Shown here in pieces: positions 8,291-16,807 of a stretch of 64,000 nucleotides of DNA. The notes beneath the pieces were generated by a model that was not told the origin of the DNA, did not search any database, and worked only from the letters and a program-made list of their open reading frames with translations. The translations under genes and the position numbers were made by a program. Origin of the DNA: Parcubacteria group bacterium (GTDB lineage Bacteria > Patescibacteriota > Patescibacteriia > UBA1558 > GWA2-36-10); contig PQAE01000002.1 of NCBI GenBank assembly GCA_003104935.1, positions 3,527-67,526 on the forward strand, in the 5' to 3' direction. Each line of letters begins with the position of its first letter. Position 1 is the stretch's first letter.

Positions 8291-9961
8291 CTAAGGTCGG
8301 AATAGATCTATTTGCGCCCGCAAGTTAAAAATCCGCTTATCGGGAATGTAAGAAATAATGTTAAAATCAAGGCTTTTTATGTTCCAATCCACCAAGAGCT
8401 CTTTTTGGCTGATCGGCAATGTAGATATCATCAGACGCTTGACCTGGGCCCGACCGATAACCGCAAAAGTAAATTTTACCATTATTTTTAGACTTTGACC
8501 CTCTACCCAGACGTCCGCGGCCGGCTCGGAAGATACCAAACTGGCTTCTACCAATTGGGGGATAATATAAGATCCCTCTACAGTATATTTTTTATTCAAC
8601 TCGGCTATGGTCTTAGCGGCCAGATCATTTTTTAAATATTCCAGAGCAGATTCATAACTTAGGCCGGGAGCCACACCCTCGGTCTCTAACTCCAAAATAT
8701 ATGGTTTAGCCATCAGCAGGCCCGGCGTAGCCGGATCCTCCAGTAGCGACACCCTTATTTCCTGACTGGCATTATAATTATTAGTACTAAAACGCTCCAA
8801 AATTGAATCTTTAAAAAAATAAAACGCCACTCCCCCCGCGATAAGCAAGGGCAAAATAATCAACAATAATATTTTCAAAACGCGCCGCTTAAGTCTCGGA
8901 CCGATAGGTACGCCTGGTTTTTTTATTTTTTTGGCCAAAAAATTTATCTCCGGATTGCCATAGGCAAAACTAGCCAGACCCACGGCATTGATATATTTGG
9001 TGATGGCCAGCGGCTCGGGAAAACTATTGTCCGCCAGCAATGATTGGCCGATGACTACCGGCAATAAAAATTTATTGCTGAAATACTGACCGATATCTTT
9101 GAGTTGGGCCGAACCGCCGATGAGTATCACCTGCTCGATTTTCTCGTTGTATTTTTCCTGGTAGTAGGCGCTAAAACGGCTGATCTCAGAGGCTAAAAGA
9201 TCAAGCTGACTGATAATAATCTGGCCGATCTGATTGTCCGGCGCGGCAAAGCTAAAGCTTTCTTTGTTGCTTTCCGCCTCGGGCAAAGTGATATTCAGCG
9301 TGCTGGCGATGGCTTGGCTGATATGATCACCGGCGATGTTGATGTTAACCGTATCGCGCAGGCCCAGGGTATTAAAAACAGTAGCGATCGTGGTGCGCGC
9401 CCCGATGTCCAGCATCAGTGTAACTTTATTTTTAAACTGATTGCCTAGGCCGGCAAAAGAGCTGACGGCTTCACTACAGACCCCCTCTACTTCCAGACCC
9501 AGTTCCGCAAAAACTTTGGTCAAGGTAGTGACGCTATCCTGGCGAACGGCCATGAAAAATACTTCCCGGAAATTTCCCCGATTGCCCAAAATTTTTACGT
9601 AAGTAAGCAGATTTTCAGGATCTTCGGGAATTATTTCCGCCGCCTTACTGGCCACAAAGCCCATCATTTCCTTATTTTTTAAATTTTTGGGAACGGAAAA
9701 AATACGGGTATAGGTCTGGGATTCGGGTATGGACAAAAATACTTTTTTGGCGCTGATCGGTTTTGGCTTAGCGTTAGCCAGCAACTTTCCCAGGGCATCT
9801 TTGAGCCGAACCAGATCCAATATTCGGCCATTGTCAACGATGTCTGGTGACAATCGAAAACGGGAATAAGCCGACACCACTAAACCTCGGTTACTTTTTC
9901 CTAAAATAACCGCTTCTATGGAAGTGTCAGAAATATCAATGCCGACTAAATTTTTTGTCAT
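8291..9961 (-). CDS. Type IV pilus assembly protein PilM fused to a PilN(/PilO)-like membrane segment
   Basis: The 556-aa protein has an actin-like ATPase N-terminus (LVGIDISDTSIEAVIL...), an internal TM helix (LKILLLIILPLLIAGGVAFYFF) and a roughly 180-aa extracytoplasmic tail. Confidence 0.65.
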   Translation of the reverse strand: MTKNLVGIDISDTSIEAVILGKSNRGLVVSAYSRFRLSPDIVDNGRILDLVRLKDALGKLLANAKPKPISAKKVFLSIPESQTYTRIFSVPKNLKNKEMMGFVASKAAEIIPEDPENLLTYVKILGNRGNFREVFFMAVRQDSVTTLTKVFAELGLEVEGVCSEAVSSFAGLGNQFKNKVTLMLDIGARTTIATVFNTLGLRDTVNINIAGDHISQAIASTLNITLPEAESNKESFSFAAPDNQIGQIIISQLDLLASEISRFSAYYQEKYNEKIEQVILIGGSAQLKDIGQYFSNKFLLPVVIGQSLLADNSFPEPLAITKYINAVGLASFAYGNPEINFLAKKIKKPGVPIGPRLKRRVLKILLLIILPLLIAGGVAFYFFKDSILERFSTNNYNASQEIRVSLLEDPATPGLLMAKPYILELETEGVAPGLSYESALEYLKNDLAAKTIAELNKKYTVEGSYIIPQLVEASLVSSEPAADVWVEGQSLKIMVKFTFAVIGRAQVKRLMISTLPISQKELLVDWNIKSLDFNIISYIPDKRIFNLRAQIDLFRP

Positions 9962-9979
9962 TATTTTTTATAACTTATA

Positions 9980-10732
9980 CTATTCAGCGCAAACATTTGT
10001 GCAGTAGCCACAAAGTGCATCACAATATAATTCGCCGCCGGCACAGCCCACAGCACCGTCATAAACATCATTGGCGCTACAATTATATGAACCCGTGTAG
10101 TCGCAAACTTCCCCGGTTTCTTTGATACCATTGCCACAGACCGGACAACTACCGCAGTCGGTAGCACAGTTATTGCAATTCTCGGTGCCGCTACAGCTAC
10201 CGTTGCCGCAATAGCATTGACCGCAGTCTATAGGGCAATTGGAACAAGTCTCTCCGGCAGTGCACCGCCAATCACCGCACAAAGCCGCAGTTGCACTAAT
10301 TGTATCATAATACGTGGCGTCTTTATAAGAGTCCACCCGGACTGGCGTGGAAGAAACATTTACCGACAAAACCACGGTCTTGCCCCAAGACCCAAAGCCA
10401 GTGGTGCTACTGGCAGTAGTGGTGACGCTCTTTAAGCCGGCGGAAGCGGCCCCGATTTTATAACTACAGGCGACGCTGACTTTATCCATATTAAAAGATC
10501 CTTCAGTTTGTTTTAGGGCGTCCAGGCGCCAGAGAGCGTCATTAACACAAGAATCTAAATCAACCTGCAATGATTCTTTTTTGGTCAATTGAAAATTAGA
10601 CTTAGTATTGGTCGCATTAATGCCGGATATAACAACGGCTGATACCAGGGTCAGGGTCGTGATCATAATCACCAGTAATAAAGCGGAAACTCCCTGTTGG
10701 TTTTTTACCTTTTTATATAAATTTATAGTCAT
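9980..10732 (-). CDS. Pilin-like protein (degenerate class III signal peptide, no Glu5) with a C-terminal cysteine-rich repeat region
   Basis: The N-terminus is ...KNQQG|VSALLLVIMITTLTLVSAVVI. The C-terminus holds about 30 Cys in repeats: CTAGETCSNCPIDCGQC, CSGTENCNNCATDCGSC, CGNGIKETGEVCD. Confidence 0.45.
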   Translation of the reverse strand: MTINLYKKVKNQQGVSALLLVIMITTLTLVSAVVISGINATNTKSNFQLTKKESLQVDLDSCVNDALWRLDALKQTEGSFNMDKVSVACSYKIGAASAGLKSVTTTASSTTGFGSWGKTVVLSVNVSSTPVRVDSYKDATYYDTISATAALCGDWRCTAGETCSNCPIDCGQCYCGNGSCSGTENCNNCATDCGSCPVCGNGIKETGEVCDYTGSYNCSANDVYDGAVGCAGGELYCDALCGYCTNVCAE

Positions 10733-10739
10733 AAAAAAA

Positions 10740-12074
10740 TTAATTTTCGCCCTGCGATTGTAAGGCCCAGACTTCGCTAGGCGTCAAAGCACGATTGTAC
10801 ATCCTCACATCGTCTATGATCCCGTTCCAACCGCCCCGAGAAACTCCGAATGCCCCGTTAGCCACATAAGGCACTAGCGTAGGTAAACCGGTCGTGGTAG
10901 TGGTGCTAATGCCTCCCACTCCTTTTTTATAGAGATATTGGGTAGCTGTATTTTTGGCCGGATCAAATACCATGGTCATCAAATATGTGGTCAAATCGGC
11001 CATAGTATTACAGGGGGTAATGCCTAAGTTGGAATAACCGCTTTCTGTATCAAACACTCTCATCCAAGAACGACCAACACAAGAAGCATCACTTTTTAAT
11101 GTTTCATAATAATAGCCATAAGTTGTAGGCGAAACCTGACTAATAATATGTATCTCCTGATAACCGCTGGCGTTATAATGCGATTGGGTCCAGGCAGACA
11201 AAGTAAATGGCCCGTCAAAAGCATAAATATCATTCCAGGCCGCGCCACTACCCGATTCGGAATAAAAACAATAATCACTATTAGCTTTTACGAAATCCCA
11301 AGCTCCGCCACTACCATCCACTAATCCCGCTACCAAGTCTGGCGTATAGCAAGTCATCTTTCGGCCGGTGATATCATCAAAGGCGGAGGGAGCAATATCA
11401 TCGTCAAAAGGAAACCAAGAAATCAAACCATAGGGTTGTTCATTGCGCAAAACTATGGTACTGGTGGCGGTAGAAGTGGCCATAGCCGAGCTCAGGCCGC
11501 CCGCGACCTTGCCGACGCCTAAAGTAGTGGTGATCGCCGGAAAACCGTCTTTGGAAGAAGTAGCGGTGGATATGGAGATTTTCCATGAATCATTATAAAC
11601 CGCGACATCCGGAGCAGTTAAATAATAAACATTACCGCGATCGTATGCGCACGCATTGTGTCTGCCGTTATTAGCGATATTTGGATAACACCAAATTTGC
11701 AGACGATTTTCAGAAGGACCGACGATGATTCTAATGCCGCCGCCGTTTTGCACGCAAGTGCCGGGTAGTTTTTCATCACTACTAAAGTATAAAGCTAAAG
11801 AGGGTGTGGCGCTGACAGTATCCGTGCACTCCCCGTTTAAATCTCTCCATAATCCGTCGGCATTTCTAATCAAATAGTCAATAGTACTCATTGCCGATCT
11901 TCTGTTGCGGGCTACTTCCTCCAAATTTGCTAATTTGGAAGAGGATCCTCCCAGTGTCAGGTGAAAACTGATCACTGCCGTCAGCACCAAAGCCAATATG
12001 GCTACATAGACGATGGCCTCGATCAGGGTGAATCCACCAGGGATATTCAAATCTAAAAAATTTTTTAACTTCAT
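10740..12074 (-). CDS. Large pilin-like protein (prepilin N-terminus) with a C-terminal LamG/concanavalin A-like lectin domain
   Basis: The N-terminus GGFTLIEAIVYVAILALVLTAV is a prepilin motif. The C-terminus ...GGWNGIIDDVRMYNRALTPSEVWALQ matches the LamG_3 signature (xIDEVRIYNRALSxxEI). Confidence 0.7.
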   Translation of the reverse strand: MKLKNFLDLNIPGGFTLIEAIVYVAILALVLTAVISFHLTLGGSSSKLANLEEVARNRRSAMSTIDYLIRNADGLWRDLNGECTDTVSATPSLALYFSSDEKLPGTCVQNGGGIRIIVGPSENRLQIWCYPNIANNGRHNACAYDRGNVYYLTAPDVAVYNDSWKISISTATSSKDGFPAITTTLGVGKVAGGLSSAMATSTATSTIVLRNEQPYGLISWFPFDDDIAPSAFDDITGRKMTCYTPDLVAGLVDGSGGAWDFVKANSDYCFYSESGSGAAWNDIYAFDGPFTLSAWTQSHYNASGYQEIHIISQVSPTTYGYYYETLKSDASCVGRSWMRVFDTESGYSNLGITPCNTMADLTTYLMTMVFDPAKNTATQYLYKKGVGGISTTTTTGLPTLVPYVANGAFGVSRGGWNGIIDDVRMYNRALTPSEVWALQSQGEN

Positions 12075-12985
12075 CGGTATTTAATTTTGATAGAATAGAG
12101 GGTAGTACTGGCCGTACTACAGCCGGCCATATCCACCTTGTAACGCATAAAAAGCTGGCCGTTTAAACTATCAGAAGTGCTACTGGTATATTTGATGCCG
12201 CTGGCATCGCTGATTGTCTGGCTCGCTGGACTGCTAAAGGCACTGGTTTGTGATGTTTCCAGAGTTATCACCAGGGAGCAGGCCGCCGGCACCAGACTCT
12301 GCTCAACGGTCACTGAGCGTAATTCTTTAGCGGCCGAACCTATGGTGTAGATCGAGGAAGTCATGGTTGCAGCGGCGGCGCCGGCGACGGTCAGCTGACC
12401 GGCCACGCTGGTAGTAAAGTTGCTTTGGCTGGAATAAGCAGTGCTTAGTGATGAAGTCCGACTGATATCATGCCAGTAAGTTTTTCCCGAAGCCCCGGAC
12501 CAATCGGTTTGCTCCCAGGTGCGGGACCCGGCATCAGTGATATAGGCGGTTAAGATATAATCCTGCATGCCCGATCCGGAAACGGTGACGGTCACTTTTT
12601 TGGTTTGCGGATCATCGCTACCGTTAGAGCTGACGATATTGCCGTTGCTGTCACGCTGTACATTGGCCACTGTCACTACTCTGGTAAAAGCGCTTAGTCG
12701 GTCCGAGGTACCGCTAAACCCCCAGATGCCGGAGGTTTTAGTGACACCGTGATTACCGCCAACGCCATTTTTAAAAGTTACCCAGCTGTAATCGGCAATG
12801 GCTCGAGCCGCTTCTACGCCCTCTTGGGCGAATTGCATCAGCACTTGCTTATCACCGACGCCATAATAAGTCCGATAATTATTTATAGCCACATTCATAA
12901 CTCCGGCGGCTAAAATAGCAAACAAGGCTATTGCCACGACCAGCTCAATGATACTAAAACCTTTTTTATTACTAAAAATCTGCAT
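12071..12985 (-). CDS. Minor pilin/pseudopilin with a Ser/Thr-rich C-terminal domain
   Basis: There is a prepilin motif KKGFSIIELVVAIALFAILAAGV. The start was moved to the internal ATG (MQIFSNKKGF...) because the track ORF has a 15-aa extension overlapping the upstream gene. Confidence 0.65.
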   Translation of the reverse strand: MQIFSNKKGFSIIELVVAIALFAILAAGVMNVAINNYRTYYGVGDKQVLMQFAQEGVEAARAIADYSWVTFKNGVGGNHGVTKTSGIWGFSGTSDRLSAFTRVVTVANVQRDSNGNIVSSNGSDDPQTKKVTVTVSGSGMQDYILTAYITDAGSRTWEQTDWSGASGKTYWHDISRTSSLSTAYSSQSNFTTSVAGQLTVAGAAAATMTSSIYTIGSAAKELRSVTVEQSLVPAACSLVITLETSQTSAFSSPASQTISDASGIKYTSSTSDSLNGQLFMRYKVDMAGCSTASTTLYSIKIKYR

Positions 12986-12986
12986 A

Positions 12987-13490
12987 TCAATCGCCGTAAT
13001 AAACCAGTCCGAAGGGGGTAGTTGATACATTTTTCATGGCCCCGCTGGTACTCTTGATAGCGATCGCTTGTTCCGGCAGATTGGCATAAGTAGTGCTGGC
13101 CAGCCAGCCGGAGTTATAGGTAAAATAAAAGTCGTTTTGTTGCGTTGATTCCAGATAAAAACCATTATTAATCTGCACCATCCGATCATAACTAGTAGAC
13201 CGCGTACTATAGTTTGAACCCTTATAGAGCACTACACAGTCGCCGTTTACCGGATCATTATCTAAAACTCTGATGCCCCAGGTATCGCTCTGAAAGCCGG
13301 CAATGGCATTATTTCGGGCCTGATCGATCAGAGCCGCGACTTCGGCGGCCTTGGCTTTGATGCCTTCGCGGGTGCTCGTGGCCGTAAACAGAGCCGAAGC
13401 CGAAGAAAATAAAACCGCCGCCATCGCTACGACCAGCGCTACCTCAATCAAAGTCAGACCATTACGTTGTCCACGCTGACGCCAAATCAC
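12987..13490 (-). CDS. GspH/FimT-like minor pseudopilin
   Basis: The N-terminus is GLTLIEVALVVAMAAVLFSSA. The size (167 aa) and the EVAALIDQARNNAI segment are typical of the GspH/FimT family. Confidence 0.7.
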   Translation of the reverse strand: MIWRQRGQRNGLTLIEVALVVAMAAVLFSSASALFTATSTREGIKAKAAEVAALIDQARNNAIAGFQSDTWGIRVLDNDPVNGDCVVLYKGSNYSTRSTSYDRMVQINNGFYLESTQQNDFYFTYNSGWLASTTYANLPEQAIAIKSTSGAMKNVSTTPFGLVYYGD

Positions 13491-14707
13491 TGCTGTTCTA
13501 CTTTACTGGTTAAATCGTAAATCGGATTGATAATAGAAATTGCTACAAAAGCAACTACTAACCCAATGAAAACAAGTAGGGCCGGCTCCAAGATAGTGGC
13601 CAGATTTTTAGTAATATTATCCACTTCACTTTCATAAAACTCCGCTACGGAGCTCAAAATTTCACTCAAGTTACCGGAACGCTCTCCTACTTTGCACATA
13701 CTATTAAATAACCGGGGGAAATAATTATTGCCGGCCAGAGCTTCGGACAGCGCCACGCCTTTTAATACTTTATGATAAATATTAATTGTGGCCTTTCTAT
13801 AAGCTTCATTAGATAGAGTGCGCGACACGATCTCCAGACTCTTATCAATAGTGACACCGCTTCCCAGGAGCGACCCCAAAGTCCGGGCAAATAACGCCAT
13901 GTTTACCTCTCGGATTATTTTTCCAGCCACCGGAATATGTAACATCATCCGGTGAAGAATCAAACGGCTGGAACTCCAGCTCAGTAACATCCTGGCCGCG
14001 ATGAAAATCAACGCCACTAGACCAACTAAATAGGGCCAAAAATTTATTATGAAAGAAGAGGTGTTGATCAGTATCTTGGTGGCCAAGGGTAATTCCAATT
14101 CTAAGGAAGTGAAAAAACCGATTATTTTCGGCAGGACAAAAATGGATACTATGATCACCAAAACAAAAACTGCTAAAAGTATCACTATCGGATAGATCGA
14201 GGCTGACCTGATTTTAGCCTTGAGTTCGTATGATTTCTGTTGCTGAGTAGCCAAAATATTTAGATTTTCAGACAAGCGGCCGCTGGCTTCGCCGATAGCC
14301 ACCATATTGACAAACATGGTATCAAAATCCCGGGGGTGTTTAGCTAGGGCATCGGCCAGACGATTTCCGGATTTGACCTCAGCCAATACTTCTCCTAAGC
14401 GTTTTTTCATAACCGCGGACGAACTGGAGGCGATGGTGTCCAGAGCTTCGTCTATATTCATGCCGGCTCTGATCATAGTCGACAAATGCCTGGCCAACAT
14501 CACCTTGTCAAGCAAAGAAATATGGCCGAGAGTAATGTTTTGTGGGGAAAACCTGGACAAGATATGGCTCTTTGAAATCGGCTGCAGACGGATAATGGAC
14601 GCCTCCTGCAAAGCCAATTTAAACTGCGCTTCGTGGATATTAACCGCTTCTAGACGCCCCTCTTTTATTTGACCGCCAGCACTGACAATTTTATAAGCAA
14701 ATTGCAT
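13487..14707 (-). CDS. pilC: Type IV pilus platform protein PilC/GspF family
   Basis: The 406-aa protein has two GspF repeats (MIRAGMNIDEALDTI...; ...SGNLSEILSSVAEFYE) and three TM segments. Confidence 0.85.
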   Translation of the reverse strand: MQFAYKIVSAGGQIKEGRLEAVNIHEAQFKLALQEASIIRLQPISKSHILSRFSPQNITLGHISLLDKVMLARHLSTMIRAGMNIDEALDTIASSSSAVMKKRLGEVLAEVKSGNRLADALAKHPRDFDTMFVNMVAIGEASGRLSENLNILATQQQKSYELKAKIRSASIYPIVILLAVFVLVIIVSIFVLPKIIGFFTSLELELPLATKILINTSSFIINFWPYLVGLVALIFIAARMLLSWSSSRLILHRMMLHIPVAGKIIREVNMALFARTLGSLLGSGVTIDKSLEIVSRTLSNEAYRKATINIYHKVLKGVALSEALAGNNYFPRLFNSMCKVGERSGNLSEILSSVAEFYESEVDNITKNLATILEPALLVFIGLVVAFVAISIINPIYDLTSKVEQQ

Positions 14708-14708
14708 A

Positions 14709-16394
14709 TTATTGTTTAGTCACTCTTAATATTTCCTCTAAAGTAGTCTTGCCGGAGATTACCTTGGCAAAACCGTCTTCCATCATCGTGACCATACCAT
14801 TGGCCACGGCTTGTTTTTTTATGGTATCCGAATCCGCCCGTTCCAAAATCAAGGGTTTGATATTGTCCACGATTTCTAAAAGTTCAAAAATGCCGATGCG
14901 CCCCTCATATCCGGTCTGATTACAGCTATCACATCCTCGTCCTTTATACAGACGGATTTCGCTGATTTTTTCCGTTTCTAAAAATTTGCTGATATCAATA
15001 TCTTTTTTTAATAGCTCCACGTCGGCGGGCTCTAGAGTATAACTGGCGATGCATTTCATACAGATCCGGCGGACCAGACGCTGGCCGATGATGACGGTCA
15101 CAGTAGAAGCCGCTAAAAACGGCTCTATTTTCATATCCAACAAGCGCGGTAAAGAAGTCGCCGCATCATTGGTATGTAAAGTAGATAAGACCAGGTGTCC
15201 GGTCATAGCGGCATTGATTGCTATCTGGGCGGTTTCCTTGTCTCTGATTTCACCGACCATGATGATGTCCGGATCCTGCCGGAGCAAAGAACGCAATCCC
15301 TCAGCGAAAGTCAGGTTGGTCTTGACGTCCACCTGAATCTGGTTAATGCCGGCCACGTCATACTCCACCGGATCCTCGATAGTGCAGATATTTACATCCC
15401 GCTTGTTCAAAATCTTGATCACGGCATAAAGCGTGGTGGTCTTGCCGGAACCGGTGGGACCGGTGGAGAGAATCATGCCATAGGGTTTTTTTATAGCCCG
15501 ATTTAGGATAGAAAGGTCACGGGATTCCATGCCCAAATCCTCCAGACTGAAAGAATTTCCTTTGGAGGACAATAACCGCATCACCACCTTTTCCCCCTGA
15601 GTCATCGGTATGACCGAGACCCTAATGTCCAATTTATTACCTTCTACCACCGTTACGATCTTGCCGTCCTGAGCGCTACGGGTCTCGTCTGTGCGCAATT
15701 TTGACAATATTTTTATCCTGGCAATAATGATGTCTAAGATACTTTTCGGCAAACTCAAGACATCATAGAGAATGCCGTCAATCCTAAACCTAACTTTAAT
15801 TTCTTTTTCCCCCGGCTCAATATGGATATCGGATGCATGATTGGTGTAGCCGTAGTTTAAAAGATCGTCAACCAGACGGACAACCGGTATATCCTCGGCC
15901 TTGGAGCCCTGCGCCTGGATGGCATGTTTCTGGATGCTGGAAGCATATTCCTGCTGAATAGATTTTTTATAAAGGCCGAAGGTATTGTTAATGTCATACT
16001 CGGTGGCATAAAAAGGCACGACCGTATCTCCAGTCTTCTTCTCTAGAGCTTTAAGAAAATCATAATCAAAAGGATTAGCCGTCGCTACCTTCAACCCCTC
16101 CTGATCACGCCGGAAAGCAATCACTTTTTGATGGCGGGAAACAATCTCGGGAATGAGCGCCAAAACATCGGGCTTAATCTTTTCTTTTGCCAAATAAACA
16201 AAACGCGAACGCAATTCATGGGCGATCAGCTGACCGATCTCCTCTGCCTTGATGACATCCCCGGTTATCAGAAAACTGACCAGATCTTTTTCCTGCTCCT
16301 GGGCGGTCTTCCAGGCGGTATCCAACACGGCCTGATCGACCAGACCGATCTTGCTGATAATCTTATAAACTTTTTCGTCGGAAATAACTGGCAT
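14709..16394 (-). CDS. pilB: Type IV pilus assembly ATPase PilB/GspE family
   Basis: The 561-aa protein has an N-terminal GSPII_E_N domain, Walker A (GPTGSGKTTTLYA), Asp and His boxes, and a tetracysteine motif (CMKC...CDSC). Confidence 0.9.
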   Translation of the reverse strand: MPVISDEKVYKIISKIGLVDQAVLDTAWKTAQEQEKDLVSFLITGDVIKAEEIGQLIAHELRSRFVYLAKEKIKPDVLALIPEIVSRHQKVIAFRRDQEGLKVATANPFDYDFLKALEKKTGDTVVPFYATEYDINNTFGLYKKSIQQEYASSIQKHAIQAQGSKAEDIPVVRLVDDLLNYGYTNHASDIHIEPGEKEIKVRFRIDGILYDVLSLPKSILDIIIARIKILSKLRTDETRSAQDGKIVTVVEGNKLDIRVSVIPMTQGEKVVMRLLSSKGNSFSLEDLGMESRDLSILNRAIKKPYGMILSTGPTGSGKTTTLYAVIKILNKRDVNICTIEDPVEYDVAGINQIQVDVKTNLTFAEGLRSLLRQDPDIIMVGEIRDKETAQIAINAAMTGHLVLSTLHTNDAATSLPRLLDMKIEPFLAASTVTVIIGQRLVRRICMKCIASYTLEPADVELLKKDIDISKFLETEKISEIRLYKGRGCDSCNQTGYEGRIGIFELLEIVDNIKPLILERADSDTIKKQAVANGMVTMMEDGFAKVISGKTTLEEILRVTKQ

Positions 16395-16422
16395 ATGATT
16401 TTAAAAATTAGGGAAAAAATTA

Positions 16423-16806
16423 TTACTCCTGATTAAGCTGTCTTTTTAACTTAGTGATGACCGCTTCCAAGCTCATATTATCCTTTACTAAATATTCAAC
16501 CGCGCCCATACTCAATCCCCGCTCAATGTCTTTTTCTTGGCCAAGATTAGATAAAATAATTACCGGTATATTTTTAGTGTTGGAGTCTTTTTTTAATTCC
16601 GCTAAGACTTCAAAACCATTTTTCTGGGGCATGATCATGTCCAGAATTATCAAATCCGGCTTTTCGCCTTTGGCCAGCACTAAGCCCTCTTCCCCGTGCG
16701 CGGCCAGCAGTACCTCATAGCCGTTCTCGCTCAGCTCGGCTTTATAGACCTTGCGCAAAAAATTATCATCGTCGATAAATAATATTTTTGCTTTACCGCC
16801 TAACAT
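16423..16806 (-). CDS. CheY-like single-domain response regulator
   Basis: The 127-aa receiver domain has KILFIDDDNFLRKV...DLIILDMIMPQKNGFEV...KNIPVIILS...K, with conserved DD/D/T/K positions. Confidence 0.85.
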   Translation of the reverse strand: MLGGKAKILFIDDDNFLRKVYKAELSENGYEVLLAAHGEEGLVLAKGEKPDLIILDMIMPQKNGFEVLAELKKDSNTKNIPVIILSNLGQEKDIERGLSMGAVEYLVKDNMSLEAVITKLKRQLNQE

Positions 16807-16807
16807 A

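Noticed and set aside
9961-10167. 68-aa minus-strand ORF overlapping the 3' end of the Cys-rich protein gene
   Set aside because: It is in an alternative frame of the Cys-rich repeat region. The repeat periodicity and cysteine spacing support the 250-aa frame.
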